A program made the position numbers and the translations under genes. The notes beneath the pieces are model-generated. The model saw only the letters and a list, made by a program, of their open reading frames with translations. It had not been told where the DNA came from and did no database searches. DNA of 64,000 nucleotides from positions 11,692 to 75,691 of the forward strand of contig JAJSZW010000002.1 in NCBI GenBank assembly GCA_030262895.1. The letters run 5' to 3'. The number at the start of each line of letters is the position of its first letter. Positions within the stretch are counted from its first letter, which is position 1. This DNA is from Deltaproteobacteria bacterium (GTDB lineage: Bacteria; Desulfobacterota; Desulfobacteria; Desulfobacterales; ETH-SRB1). Positions 35,900 to 46,028 of the stretch are shown here, piece by piece.

Positions 35900-37548
35900 A
35901 ATTGAAAATAATCCCGTTGGGCGGGTTAGGAGAAATCGGCCTTAATATGATGGCCTTTGAATACGGGGATACTATTTTTGTTGTTGATGCAGGCCTTATG
36001 TTCCCTGAAGATTATATGCTTGGCGTTGACTATGTTATACCTGATATCAATTACCTAAAAGAGAATAAGTCCAAGGTTTCAGGAATTGTTTTAACCCATG
36101 CTCATGAAGATCATATTGGAGCCCTGCCATATCTGCTTAAAGAAATAAATGTTCCGGTCTTTGGAACTCGTTTCACGCTTGGAATAGTAAGGCACAAACT
36201 TGAAGAACATGGTCTTCTTTCATCAACTTCTCTCAATGAAATTTCTCATAGAAAAAAACTTAAAATAGGAATTTTTGAGCTTGAGTTTATCCGTGTAAGC
36301 CACAGCGTTGTGGATGGCATAGGGATTGCCGTTAAAACACCTTATGGGCTTATTGTGCACACAGGGGATTTTAAAATCAGCCATACGCCGGTGGATGGCG
36401 TAATGACCGATCTGAATAAGTTTGCCAGGTGTGGAGATGAAGGAGTCCTTGCGCTGCTGTCAGACTCCACAAATGTGGAAAAGGAAGGATATACTATATC
36501 CGACAAGGAAATAGGTGAAGCACTGGCAAAGATAATAATTGAAAGCAAGGGACGTATAATTGTAGCTCTTTTTGCTTCAAATGTCGCGAGAATACAGCAA
36601 ATAGTTAATATTGCGAGGTTAAAAGGAAGTAAAGTACTAATTAGCGGCAGAAGTATAGAAACCAGCACAAATATCGCGAAAGATCTTGGATACATCCATA
36701 TCCCTGAGGGGATGGAAGTTGATATTAAACAAATCGATGACTTTAAAGACGATGAAATAATAATAATAACAACCGGCAGCCAGGGTGAACCCATGTCGGC
36801 CCTGGCCCGTATGTCCAGGGGCATTCATAAACAAATAAAAATCAAGGAAGGCGATACCGTTATCTTCTCGTCAAAATTCATTCCCGGAAACGAGAAAGCT
36901 ATTTCAAATATTATAAACAATCTTTACAGAAAAGGCGCTGACGTTATTTATGAAAAGATTTCGGCCATTCATGTATCAGGCCATGCTTTTCGGGAAGAAT
37001 TAAAACTAATGATAAACCTTACCAAGCCTGAACATTTCATTCCGATACACGGTGAATACCGGCACCTGATTCTGCACACGCGGCTTGCCGAACAGGTTGG
37101 CGTGTCAAAAAACAAAATACTTCTCGCTGAAAACGGCCAGGTAATTGAATTTGATGAAAATGGAGGAAGAGTCCTTGACAAGATTATGACCGGCAGGGTG
37201 CTTATTGACGGAAAAGGAGTCGGTGATGTCGGAAGAAGTGTACTAAAAGAAAGACGTATGCTGTCAGAAGACGGTCTTGTTGTAGTTAACATGGTTTTTG
37301 ACGAAGAGACAGGAATAATTGTGTATGGCCCGGAAATTGTTTCACGTGGTTTTGTATTTGAGACGGAAAAAGGACATCTTCTCGAAGACGCAAAGTGTGT
37401 AATACTTGAAATTTTAGAAGAAACAGACCCTGATGTCCCTGGCAGAATTGATAAAATCAAATCTCAGATACAGTCGGCTCTAAGGAAGTATTTTTATTTT
37501 ACAATAGGACGTCGTCCGATTATACTACCTTTTATTATAGAAGTATAA
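35896..37548 (+). CDS. rnj: Ribonuclease J (metallo-beta-lactamase/beta-CASP)
   Basis: LTHAHEDHIGALPYL and the overall 550-aa RNase J architecture. Confidence 0.9.
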   Translation: MKLKIIPLGGLGEIGLNMMAFEYGDTIFVVDAGLMFPEDYMLGVDYVIPDINYLKENKSKVSGIVLTHAHEDHIGALPYLLKEINVPVFGTRFTLGIVRHKLEEHGLLSSTSLNEISHRKKLKIGIFELEFIRVSHSVVDGIGIAVKTPYGLIVHTGDFKISHTPVDGVMTDLNKFARCGDEGVLALLSDSTNVEKEGYTISDKEIGEALAKIIIESKGRIIVALFASNVARIQQIVNIARLKGSKVLISGRSIETSTNIAKDLGYIHIPEGMEVDIKQIDDFKDDEIIIITTGSQGEPMSALARMSRGIHKQIKIKEGDTVIFSSKFIPGNEKAISNIINNLYRKGADVIYEKISAIHVSGHAFREELKLMINLTKPEHFIPIHGEYRHLILHTRLAEQVGVSKNKILLAENGQVIEFDENGGRVLDKIMTGRVLIDGKGVGDVGRSVLKERRMLSEDGLVVVNMVFDEETGIIVYGPEIVSRGFVFETEKGHLLEDAKCVILEILEETDPDVPGRIDKIKSQIQSALRKYFYFTIGRRPIILPFIIEV

Positions 37549-37558
37549 ATACAAAAAT

Positions 37559-39703
37559 ATGCGCAAAGAAATTATCGGCATTTTCCTCTTTTTTCTATTA
37601 ATTTTCACACTGGGCAGCCTTTTGTCTTACAGCCCTGAAGACCCTTCAATTCATAATGCAAAAGCGGCAGGTGATGTTTATAACCTGTTCGGCATATTTG
37701 GAGCCCATGTTTCGGGTATTTTAATTGGGCTGTTTGGACTTGGGGCGTTCTGGATACCGATATTATTTTTTTTATCCAGCGTACATTTTTTTGGTGACTA
37801 CCATGAAAAAGCTATTATTCTGATAATAGCCGGTGGAATTATTCTTATTATCTCTACCGGAAGCCTTCTTGCATTCCAGCAAAATCACTTCATAATTTTC
37901 GGAAGCAAATTTTCATCCGGCGGCATACTATGCACCCCCATCAAATCATTCCTTATCAAATATGCAAATCATACAGGCGGCGCTGTTATACTTATCCTTA
38001 TGTGGCTTATGGGCTTTATCATGGCCACTGGTTTTTCTTTGATCATCTTTTTGAAACGATCCTGGAAGCTGATTATAAATGCAGTAAAAAGTACAAAAAA
38101 AATAATCATAATATTGAAAGAACAAAGAGAAAAAGCCAAAAACCGATCAAAAATAAAAAAAGAGTCTATCAAAAAAAAAGATCGCGAAATAAAGATAAAG
38201 GCAATAAAATCCAAGCCGATCAGGGAAGTACCTGCTCCAAAACAGGATGTATTTGAGTTCATGAAAGCTGAAAAAGGGTTTCAACTCCCGTCAGTTAATC
38301 TGCTTGAAAATCCTGAAATAAGCTCTGTTTCTGCTGATGATAAAAATCTAAGAATGCAGTCGAAACTGCTTGAAAAGAAACTTGAAGACTTTGGCGTGCA
38401 AGGGAAAATCGTAACTATATTGCCGGGCCCTGTTATTACAACCTTTGAATATGAACCTGCCCCCGGGATAAAGATTAGCAAAATAGTCGGACTTACTGAC
38501 GACCTTGCCCTTGCTCTTCGTTCGATAAGCATCAGGATTGTAGCACCGATCCCGGGTAAAGCTGCTATCGGTATTGAGCTGCCTAATGAGACAAGAGAAA
38601 CAGTAAGACTAAAAGAAAATATTATTTCAAATAACTTTGAAAAATCAAAGTCAAAGCTTACAATCTGTCTTGGCAAAGATATAATAGGAAACCCGGTAGT
38701 TGCGGAACTGGATAAAATGCCGCATCTTTTAATTGCAGGCGCAACCGGCACAGGCAAAAGCGTAGCTCTGAATGCTATGATTTGCAGTTTGTTGTTCAAA
38801 GCAGGCCCTGATGAAGTAAAACTTATAATGATAGATCCGAAAAGGATTGAACTTTCAAGCTATGATGGGATTCCACACCTTATCACTCCTGTGGTTACAG
38901 ATGTAAAAAAAGCAACAAATGCCCTTTTCTGGGCTGTACATGAAATGGAAAATAGATATAAGTTGCTTTCAGAAAAGAAAGTGAAAAATATAAAACAATA
39001 TAATCAAAAAATAGCTAAGGAAAAAACAAAAGAAGAAAATCGTCCTGAAAAACTACCATATGTTGTTATAATTATTGATGAGCTGGCTGATTTGATGATG
39101 GTTGCTTCCAGAGACGTTGAGGTCGCATTGACACGGCTCGCGCAAATGGCAAGGGCTGCAGGCATACATCTGATACTTGCGACCCAAAGGCCCTCAGTGG
39201 ATGTACTTACAGGAATAATAAAGGCTAATTTCCCGACACGTCTTTCCTTCCAGGTCTCTTCAAAGACAGATTCAAGGACAATAATTGATACAAATGGTGC
39301 AGAAAATCTTCTAGGAAACGGAGATATGCTTTTTTTGCCGCCGGGCACAGCCAAGCTTCAGCGCATACATGGTGCATACATTTCAGAAAAAGAGATTGCC
39401 GGAATAACTGAGTTTTTGAAAGAACAGAAAACCCCGGAATATGATCATGCTGTAATAACTGAATCTGAAAAAGAAAAAGCCTCATCTGAAGATCTTGAAT
39501 ATGACGAAAAATATGATGAAGCTATAGCGCTTATTACCAAAACAGGCCAAGCCTCCATATCCATGATACAGCGCCATTTGCGTATAGGATATAACAGGGC
39601 TGCACGAATTATAGAAATAATGGAAAAAGAGGGGGTTGTCGGCCCTTCAGATGGTGTAAAACCAAGAGAAGTTCTTGTCCGCAGTTACGATAACATATCT
39701 TAA
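37559..39703 (+). CDS. ftsK: DNA translocase FtsK/SpoIIIE
   Basis: N-terminal TM helices, Walker A GATGTGKS, IIIDELADLMM, and a C-terminal gamma domain (IQRHLRIGYNRAARIIE). Confidence 0.9.
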   Translation: MRKEIIGIFLFFLLIFTLGSLLSYSPEDPSIHNAKAAGDVYNLFGIFGAHVSGILIGLFGLGAFWIPILFFLSSVHFFGDYHEKAIILIIAGGIILIISTGSLLAFQQNHFIIFGSKFSSGGILCTPIKSFLIKYANHTGGAVILILMWLMGFIMATGFSLIIFLKRSWKLIINAVKSTKKIIIILKEQREKAKNRSKIKKESIKKKDREIKIKAIKSKPIREVPAPKQDVFEFMKAEKGFQLPSVNLLENPEISSVSADDKNLRMQSKLLEKKLEDFGVQGKIVTILPGPVITTFEYEPAPGIKISKIVGLTDDLALALRSISIRIVAPIPGKAAIGIELPNETRETVRLKENIISNNFEKSKSKLTICLGKDIIGNPVVAELDKMPHLLIAGATGTGKSVALNAMICSLLFKAGPDEVKLIMIDPKRIELSSYDGIPHLITPVVTDVKKATNALFWAVHEMENRYKLLSEKKVKNIKQYNQKIAKEKTKEENRPEKLPYVVIIIDELADLMMVASRDVEVALTRLAQMARAAGIHLILATQRPSVDVLTGIIKANFPTRLSFQVSSKTDSRTIIDTNGAENLLGNGDMLFLPPGTAKLQRIHGAYISEKEIAGITEFLKEQKTPEYDHAVITESEKEKASSEDLEYDEKYDEAIALITKTGQASISMIQRHLRIGYNRAARIIEIMEKEGVVGPSDGVKPREVLVRSYDNIS

Positions 39704-39733
39704 ACCCTCGCAGCAAGCTACGAAATATTAAGG

Positions 39734-40606
39734 ATGCGAAAAAAAAATCCATTAGTAAGCATAATAATTCCCACATATAATCGCGGCTGGATACTTAAAG
39801 AGACTATAGATTCAGTGCTGGCACAGGATTTTACGGATTTTGAACTGATTGTTGTAAATGACGGGTCAACTGACAACACTCAGGATATTCTAAGTTCATA
39901 CAATGAAGATATTGTTGTCTTAAGGCAGGATAACCAAGGAGTAAGCTCTGCAAGAAACAAGGGCATAGCTTCGGCATCAGGGCAGTTTATTGCTTTTTTA
40001 GATTCAGATGATCTTTGGCTTTCGCAAAAACTGTCAACGCAAGTTGATTTTTTCAATGCAAACCCTGATGCTCTGATTTGCCAGACAGAAGAGAAATGGA
40101 TAAGAAACGGCATTTTTGTAAATCCTAAGAAGCGGCACAAAAAGTTGTCCGGGAATATTTTCAAACCTTCACTTTATCTGTGCCTTGTCAGCCCTTCTGC
40201 AGTAATGATAAAGCACAGTCTTTTTGAAAAAACAGGCATGTTTGATGAAAGCCTTCCAGCATGTGAGGACTATGATATGTGGCTCAGGGTAAGCTGTAGA
40301 TACCCTGTATATCTTATAGATACTCCACTGATAATAAAAAGGGGCGGTCATGCCGACCAGCTTTCAAGATCTTCCGGCCTTGACAGGTACAGGATTCAGT
40401 CTTTAAAAAAAATAATTGAAAGCAACTTGTTGACAGATGAGCAGGCAATGGCGGCAGTAAAAGTCCTGAAAAAAAAATGCGACATATATGCCAATGGCTG
40501 CATTAAGCGTGGCCGCAAAGAAAAAGCTTTATACTACAATGATCTTGCAGGAAGTTGTCTTGCCAGGGTTACATCACCTGAAAAAATCCTTTGCAGCCTC
40601 CCCTGA
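39734..40606 (+). CDS. Family 2 glycosyltransferase
   Basis: VSIIIPTYNRG and LDSDD motifs. The last ~24 codons are read antisense through the birA-3' duplicate. Confidence 0.8.
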   Translation: MRKKNPLVSIIIPTYNRGWILKETIDSVLAQDFTDFELIVVNDGSTDNTQDILSSYNEDIVVLRQDNQGVSSARNKGIASASGQFIAFLDSDDLWLSQKLSTQVDFFNANPDALICQTEEKWIRNGIFVNPKKRHKKLSGNIFKPSLYLCLVSPSAVMIKHSLFEKTGMFDESLPACEDYDMWLRVSCRYPVYLIDTPLIIKRGGHADQLSRSSGLDRYRIQSLKKIIESNLLTDEQAMAAVKVLKKKCDIYANGCIKRGRKEKALYYNDLAGSCLARVTSPEKILCSLP

Positions 40607-40753
40607 TCGTCTTATTAACACCCCGTCATTATCAACATTCAATTACCTTTCCAATATGAGTTTTACCTATAACATCAACTCTGATTTGCTTTCCCATTAT
40701 ATCCGCAAGTTCCCGCCATCGGTTCATAATTGGCTCAAAATTGTTTTTCTTAA
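40534..40753 (-). pseudogene. Decayed duplicate of the 3' end (~70 codons) of birA
   Basis: About 215 bp of near-identity to 42126-42345. Translation gives NFEPIMNRWRELADIMGKQIRVDVIGKTHIGKVIEC*, then a frameshift/indel relative to BirA (FEPIMNRWRELADIIGKQIRVDVIGKTHIGEVMDVDNDG...). Confidence 0.8.
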
Positions 40754-40944
40754 CCCGCTTTTCTCACAAGATAAGCGTTTCAAATTGTCCCCTGTCCCCT
40801 TTCCTGTGAAATCTTTTTCATAAATTGTTGTGAAATCCATTACATATATCTCAACAAGACTATAGATGGGATATTATTTCGTCTGTAAATAAATCGTCCA
40901 ACATATCAAATGGTTATCATGAAACATGTGCTTTGTTGTGCTGA

Positions 40945-40959
40945 TGGCACGCTTGTTGC
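40945..40959 (+). promoter_or_regulatory. Sigma-54 promoter upstream of the PEP-CTERM gene
   Basis: TGGCACG-cttg-TTGCT matches the extended consensus TGGCACG-N4-TTGCW exactly. It lies ~325 nt upstream of ATG 41286. Confidence 0.6.
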
Positions 40960-41285
40960 TTAAATAGAAAATATCGGTCGCGATCATAGACTGCGCTGTT
41001 GAAAGGGAGATGGTCTGATCAACCTGTCTGCCTGCATGTTCAGCAGCGGAATGAATAGAAAGGAGGTGAGGTTAAGAAATAAGCAAACCAGGTTAATCGT
41101 AACTCTGGTTGAAGCTGCGTAACATGAAAAAAATCATAACTCGAGTTAAGATCTATTCTGAAAACGAGTTTTTAATATCAAGAAAAAGTCAAATCCCAAG
41201 CAATTGGGAGACGGAAAGCCCATGGGGCCGGAAAAGTTAATTTGAATTCGGACAGCCTGGCTGCTTTGGAAACAAGGAGAAAAAA

Positions 41286-42041
41286 ATGAAGAAATTATCA
41301 AAAATTTTAATTATTACAGTTTTGTCAGTGTTCTTAGTTGCCGGCAGTGCAATGGCAACTCCCATATCCGGCGGTCTCCTGCAGAAAGTCTTGGACGGTA
41401 TTACCACAGCTCCAAACGCTGGTAATAGTAGCGTGGATGTGTCAACGGATTATCTTTCTGACACAGTCGATTCTTATTGGTCGATTACAGCTAGCGGGGG
41501 CTCTGTTGCCACCATGGTAATAGGACTGGCCGGTTTATCAGGGGAAAACGATGAATTCGGCGTTTACTCCGGGTTGGAAACGAACCGTGTAGCATTGTTT
41601 ACGAGTAGTAGTACAGGTCCTCAAGTATTGCTCTCAATCTTGGACACTGGAAGCGTTCTTGTAAATTTTACTGCGACAGGCGTTTTTTTTGCCGGCTACA
41701 ATTTTGGCTATTATTTGAAAGACGACGGTGCCTATTGGTACAGTGACACGAGTCTTAACAGCGACCAAGAAGACCACATGTTTGCCTATCAAGGGACAGG
41801 TACTGATACGGTTAAGCTTCAAGAATTTAGAGAAGGCACGTGGACCGATAATGAGTATATCTTGGCATTTGAAGGCACGAACAACTCTGCTGTTGAGGAC
41901 TGGGATTATAACGACATGGTTGTCATGGTCGAATCCGTTACCCCCGCCCCCGAACCCGCAACCATGCTGCTTCTTGGCAGTGGCCTGATCGGTATTGCCA
42001 GATTCGGTCGGAAGAAGTTGTTCAGGAAGAGTCAGAAATGA
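41286..42041 (+). CDS. PEP-CTERM sorting-signal protein with DUF4114-like domain
   Basis: N-terminal signal peptide. DWDYNDMVVMVESV is DUF4114-like. The C-terminus is PAPEPATMLLLGSGLIGIARFGRKK (PEP motif + TM + basic patch). Confidence 0.85.
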   Translation: MKKLSKILIITVLSVFLVAGSAMATPISGGLLQKVLDGITTAPNAGNSSVDVSTDYLSDTVDSYWSITASGGSVATMVIGLAGLSGENDEFGVYSGLETNRVALFTSSSTGPQVLLSILDTGSVLVNFTATGVFFAGYNFGYYLKDDGAYWYSDTSLNSDQEDHMFAYQGTGTDTVKLQEFREGTWTDNEYILAFEGTNNSAVEDWDYNDMVVMVESVTPAPEPATMLLLGSGLIGIARFGRKKLFRKSQK

Positions 42042-42087
42042 TCAAGCTGCGTTTCTAATCGCATTTGAAAGAAGACAAAGCAACATT

Positions 42088-42125
42088 GGGGGTGGCCGGT
42101 TTTACACGGTCACCCCCCCTTTTTT
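42088..42125. terminator. GC-rich hairpin plus T-run; intrinsic terminator of the PEP-CTERM gene that also encodes the last codons and stop of birA on the other strand
   Basis: gggggtggccg-gttttaca-cggtcaccccc followed by cctttttt. The birA stop (42110-42112) lies inside the 3' arm. Confidence 0.7.
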
Positions 42126-43123
42126 AATGATCTCGCAGAAACTTGTCTTGCCAGAGTTACATCACCTGAAAAAATCCTTTGCAGCCTCCCCTGATCGTCT
42201 TTCAATATTAACACACCGTCATTATCAACATCCATTACTTCTCCAATATGAGTTTTGCCGATAACGTCAACTCTGATTTGCTTTCCTATGATGTCTGCAA
42301 GTTCCCGCCACCGGTTCATAATTGGCTCAAAATCATTTTTCTTAAACATGTCGTAATATTGTTCATACAATTTCAAGTAGTTTTGAATGAATTTGATTCT
42401 TGGGACCCTGTTTCCGGTTTCTATTAAAATCGAGGTCGCGTTTTTCTTTATATCTTGAGGAGAATTTTCGAATAGATTATTTACATTCAATCCAAGACCG
42501 ACAATGATATAATTTACTGCATCCATATCAGCGCTGATCTCAGTAAGAATGCCGGCCAGCTTCTTTCTATTTACAAGTATATCATTAGGCCACTTGATTC
42601 TTAAATTTAATTTTACAAGGGAAATCAGAGTTTCCGCTAAAACAACGGCGGTCATTAGCGTTATTCTCGGTGTTTCACCAGGCGGCATGGCCGGCCTTAG
42701 TATAAGAGAAAAATAAATTCCACCTCCTGGTGGTGAAAACCAGTTTCTTCCTCTTCTGCCTCTTCCTTTTGTCTGTTTTTCCGCAATAACCAGAGTTCCT
42801 TCAGGGGCTCCCTGCGCCGCAAGTTCTTTTGCCCTTGTATTTGTCGAATCAGTTTCCTTCAGGCAAATAATATTTTTTCTGCCAAAAACTTTGGTGCAAA
42901 GACCTTCCCTTATTTCATCAGCCGTGATCGGATCTGAAGCTTTGCTGAGAAAATATCCCTTTTTCGGGGCAGATTCTATGGTATAACCTTCTTCTTTTAA
43001 TTTATGAATATGCTTCCATATGGCAGAGCGGCTTACTGACAAATTATTACTTATAAGCTCACCGGAAACCCAGTTCCCTTGATTTTCTTTCAGATATAAT
43101 AATAACTGATCTTTAGTAGACAT
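42110..43123 (-). CDS. birA: Bifunctional biotin-[acetyl-CoA-carboxylase] ligase / bio repressor BirA (with N-terminal wHTH)
   Basis: N-terminal HTH SGELISNNLSVSRSAIWKHIHKLKEEGY and ligase motif KGRGRRGRNW. ATG at 43123 is preferred over the TTG at 43129. Confidence 0.9.
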   Translation of the reverse strand: MSTKDQLLLYLKENQGNWVSGELISNNLSVSRSAIWKHIHKLKEEGYTIESAPKKGYFLSKASDPITADEIREGLCTKVFGRKNIICLKETDSTNTRAKELAAQGAPEGTLVIAEKQTKGRGRRGRNWFSPPGGGIYFSLILRPAMPPGETPRITLMTAVVLAETLISLVKLNLRIKWPNDILVNRKKLAGILTEISADMDAVNYIIVGLGLNVNNLFENSPQDIKKNATSILIETGNRVPRIKFIQNYLKLYEQYYDMFKKNDFEPIMNRWRELADIIGKQIRVDVIGKTHIGEVMDVDNDGVLILKDDQGRLQRIFSGDVTLARQVSARSLKKGG

Positions 43124-43329
43124 TACCAACCAATCAGTTGCTGGTGCTTTGAGGTAGAAAAGTCATATTTTAAGGAAAGCGCTGATAGTATATAGAACAT
43201 GCCATAGTATATTCTATTAACTGCCAGAAGAAACTTTTTGTTCTTGATTAAAAATGAGACTTCTTCAATAGTATTCGTTGCTCTTGCAATTCTATGTTCA
43301 ATTAGCGCATTTTTTTCATCATCTTTCAT
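43123..43329 (-). pseudogene. N-terminal half of a HEPN-domain protein, truncated where birA begins
   Basis: Only 68 aa are present (IEHRIARATNTIEEVSFLIKNKKFLLAVNRIYYGMFYILSAL...) and the expected C-terminal half of a HEPN domain is absent. Its stop overlaps the birA ATG (TAATG). Confidence 0.5.
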
Positions 43330-43703
43330 GCCGCCACCCCCTCTGAAAACTCATCTCCATTCCCCAACGGCATTTGACTTATTCAACTTAGTCAACAACG
43401 TTGCCAAAGGTCCCTTCTAAACTGTGCAGTTATTGAATTACTTAAGGATGTCCCGCTTGCCCTTGATGGATGCCTACACCCCGCCGCATTGACCGTATTG
43501 ACCAATGTTTGTGCCGGCGATGCCCATATGCTGTTTGATAAATATGCCAACACGGAAATTCTTCCTGATTTTTTCTCTTTTGTTGTGAAAAGTGCAGGCC
43601 TTTACGCCCTTTATCCTTACAATTATTCAACATAGTCAACTACCTTCTTCAGTTCAATTACACGTCAACTTATAAACTAACCGTTCCCGATTCTCCCCCC
43701 TCA

Positions 43704-44813
43704 TCAGTTATTGGTGACCATCCACTCAAATCGACGTTTAAGCCCATTGAAATAGTTCCACTTTTCGGTCAGACGCTGGAACCGTCCTACTACAATTCCT
43801 GGGGAAACCTTAAGCTCGGCCGCAAGGCGAATCACATCCGCTTTTGCTCGCAACGACGCAATTTTCATGTTTCGATCACTCGGTATGAGTATTTCCGCGG
43901 CAAATTCATTTGCCTTGTGTTCACCCGGATCATCGCTGCTTCCGTCGTTGATATAGAGATCTTTTTTGCTGTCACGAAGGACATGCCCTGCTTCGTGAAA
44001 AAAAGAAAACCAGAACTGATTCTCCATCTTGCCTCTAAGATTCAGCAGGATCATCGCCTTGGATGCGGACAGCCATTTTGTTGCGCCATGCCAGGGCACT
44101 TTTTTCATTTCCGGAACCAGCGACAAGGCGACACCGGATTCTGCGCACAGTGAAAGCATTGCAGGAACAAATTCTTTAGAATCTTTAACAGTCAGCAAAC
44201 GAATTGCTTTTACGGCCCTGGCGAATTTGTTCTTATCAAACTGCCGGCAATCAATCTGATGCGCCTGAATTTCACCAAGTCTGATCCACGCGGATGCCGG
44301 ACCCGGACAGGTCTCAAAACATTGTGAGCGCCGCGCCGCTACCGCCGGTTGCAACCATATATCCCGCCAAGCGGCAACACTACTAACGCCATAAAATTTT
44401 AATGCCTCCCTTAAAAGAAGCGCTCTGTCCTTTTGAGGCTCAATCGCGTGACGTTGGATCAGTTCTTGTGTGGGAATCGTCTTCAACCAGTCAAGGTCTG
44501 CCTCAAGCAGCTTACGCTCCTTAATTTTTGCCAACTGTTCCTGGTATTGAGCCTCCAGATTGTTCCACATGCGTGCCCGAATACCGGTGGCCAGTTCAAG
44601 TTTGTTGGCGGTATCATATGTAATGGGCTGTTCTCCTTTGAAAATACGGTTAAGCGACTGGACTGTCAGGCCGGTGCGAATAGCCAGTTCTTTCTGAGTC
44701 ATATCCAGGGATTCCATAACCTCTTTAAGTGTTGCTCCCGGAGGAATCGCGTAATCAGGCTCAAACTCGTAGCGTTTGTTTGCCATCAACATATTTTTTT
44801 CTCCCTCATTCAA
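43704..44813 (-). CDS. higA: HigA-like XRE HTH antitoxin fused to an ImmA/IrrE-type metallopeptidase domain
   Basis: HTH TQKELAIRTGLTVQSLNRIFKGEQPIT. HEXXH within FFHEAGHVL. 4-nt overlap with the upstream toxin gene. Confidence 0.7.
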   Translation of the reverse strand: MNEGEKNMLMANKRYEFEPDYAIPPGATLKEVMESLDMTQKELAIRTGLTVQSLNRIFKGEQPITYDTANKLELATGIRARMWNNLEAQYQEQLAKIKERKLLEADLDWLKTIPTQELIQRHAIEPQKDRALLLREALKFYGVSSVAAWRDIWLQPAVAARRSQCFETCPGPASAWIRLGEIQAHQIDCRQFDKNKFARAVKAIRLLTVKDSKEFVPAMLSLCAESGVALSLVPEMKKVPWHGATKWLSASKAMILLNLRGKMENQFWFSFFHEAGHVLRDSKKDLYINDGSSDDPGEHKANEFAAEILIPSDRNMKIASLRAKADVIRLAAELKVSPGIVVGRFQRLTEKWNYFNGLKRRFEWMVTNN

Positions 44814-45145
44814 TGTGTGTCGGCGATCTCAACAATTTCGATTTCGGTAACCTTTGCCCATTCCATCCCGCCGTCCTGTGTTACAGGTATCGGATTATTT
44901 GCGGGAATAAACAGCAAGCGATAGGGATGTTCGAGATCGACTGACAACTGCCCATTACGATTCCCTGACAGTTGATGACATCGCGAGGGTGGTACCCTGG
45001 AAATATCATCAAGACAAGAAGCAGCTTTCAACTCCATCAATCGCTGCTGTAGTTTCCTTGCCATCTTTGGACCGAACTTCTTAATGGACTCAGTTCTATT
45101 GTTACAGATTTTTTGCAGCTTTTTTGTTTTAAAGTATATTACCAT
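44810..45145 (-). CDS. higB: HigB-like toxin (plasmid maintenance system killer, RelE/ParE superfamily)
   Basis: KKLQKICNN...FGPKMARKLQQRLMELKAASCLDDI...RCHQLSGNRNGQLSVDLEHPYRLLF. Confidence 0.8.
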   Translation of the reverse strand: MVIYFKTKKLQKICNNRTESIKKFGPKMARKLQQRLMELKAASCLDDISRVPPSRCHQLSGNRNGQLSVDLEHPYRLLFIPANNPIPVTQDGGMEWAKVTEIEIVEIADTH

Positions 45146-45146
45146 A

Positions 45147-45186
45147 GCAATTCTATTGCAACATATTTATTAACATATCATGTTAA
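45147..45186. promoter_or_regulatory. Candidate higBA operator palindromes
   Basis: GCAAT-tct-ATTGC (45147-45159) and TTAACAT-atc-ATGTTAA (45170-45186) lie directly upstream of higB. Confidence 0.3.
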
Positions 45187-45482
45187 TCATTTAAATGTCG
45201 ATTCAATAACAATAGAATCAGAAAAATCATCTGCAAGAACACCAGGATTCACGACAAAAAGCGAAAATATCCCACTAAAATATCCCACTAAAACATCAAA
45301 GTATTGGACGTGCTTCAGTGTCTTTCTAAATCGATCAAGCAACGTATAGCCACTGGTTCATTTGTGAAAAATGTAGTGTCGGTAATCATCTCAGTTTTTA
45401 AGCTGGATGTTGTTATCTTTCAAAATGCTAATCCGTGAACTAATTTTTTGACTCATTTGACTCACCATTGCCCCTTTGCTGC

Positions 45483-45605
45483 CTATTTCATATTAATGAC
45501 AATGTCTGAAATGTGTCCGTTATGTCCGATAGAGGAAACGGCTTTAAGGCAGTCATTTCGCCAGCTTTGTTTATATTCAACAGTTTGAGATTCTTTATTC
45601 GTCAT
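45483..45605 (-). pseudogene. Short fragment resembling the N-terminus of an AlbA_2/Schlafen-type (RecG-like) protein
   Basis: Manual translation gives MTNKESQTVEYKQSWRNDCLKAVSS.... The E-x-x-x-EYKQSW start is typical of that family. Only 40 codons remain. Confidence 0.25.
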
Positions 45606-45728
45606 ATATTATTCCACTGATAGATATAATGAGAGTATTACTTCACGTTTGCCGAATACTGCTCGGCATAATGGCTTTCCAGCAGCCATTCGGAAAAGGT
45701 TGAAGTCTACCTTTGACCCTTTACTGGC

Positions 45729-46028
45729 TTAAACCTGTAAGATCCTGGTTCCATGAATAATTCTTAGAATAAAAACTGCATCCCCTATGACACGGTATAT
45801 GATTCGATACTTTTTATAAACTAAATGGCGGTAGTCAGTTCTGAAGAACTCATTTTCAGGTATCAGTGGATGGCGTTCAGGAAAAGTATTAAGTGAATAT
45901 ACTTTTTTCTCAAGTTGAAGCACAAAATCGGCAGCATTATTAGGATTGTCAGCCGCAATATAATAATAAACATGCTCTAAATCATCTTGTGCATGCTCAG
46001 TTAAATTTACCTCATATCTCTTTTTCAA
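45729..46028 (-). CDS. ParE/RelE-family type II toxin
   Basis: 99 aa, with a YRIIYRV...VFILRIIHG C-terminal signature. Overlaps the upstream antitoxin gene. Confidence 0.8.
   Translation of the reverse strand: MKKRYEVNLTEHAQDDLEHVYYYIAADNPNNAADFVLQLEKKVYSLNTFPERHPLIPENEFFRTDYRHLVYKKYRIIYRVIGDAVFILRIIHGTRILQV

Noticed and set aside
41123-41239. 38-codon ORF in the long leader of the PEP-CTERM gene
   Set aside because: It has no RBS and no conservation evidence. It overlaps small hairpins, so it is more likely part of a structured 5' UTR.
43442-43639. 65-aa minus-strand ORF upstream of the HEPN fragment. There is also an open plus-strand stretch with no start codon (...LDGCLHPAALTVLTNVCAGDAHMLFDKYANTEILPDFF...).
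   Set aside because: The minus-strand ORF is basic, low-complexity and motif-free. The plus-strand stretch looks protein-like, but I could not assign it to a family. At most it is another gene remnant.
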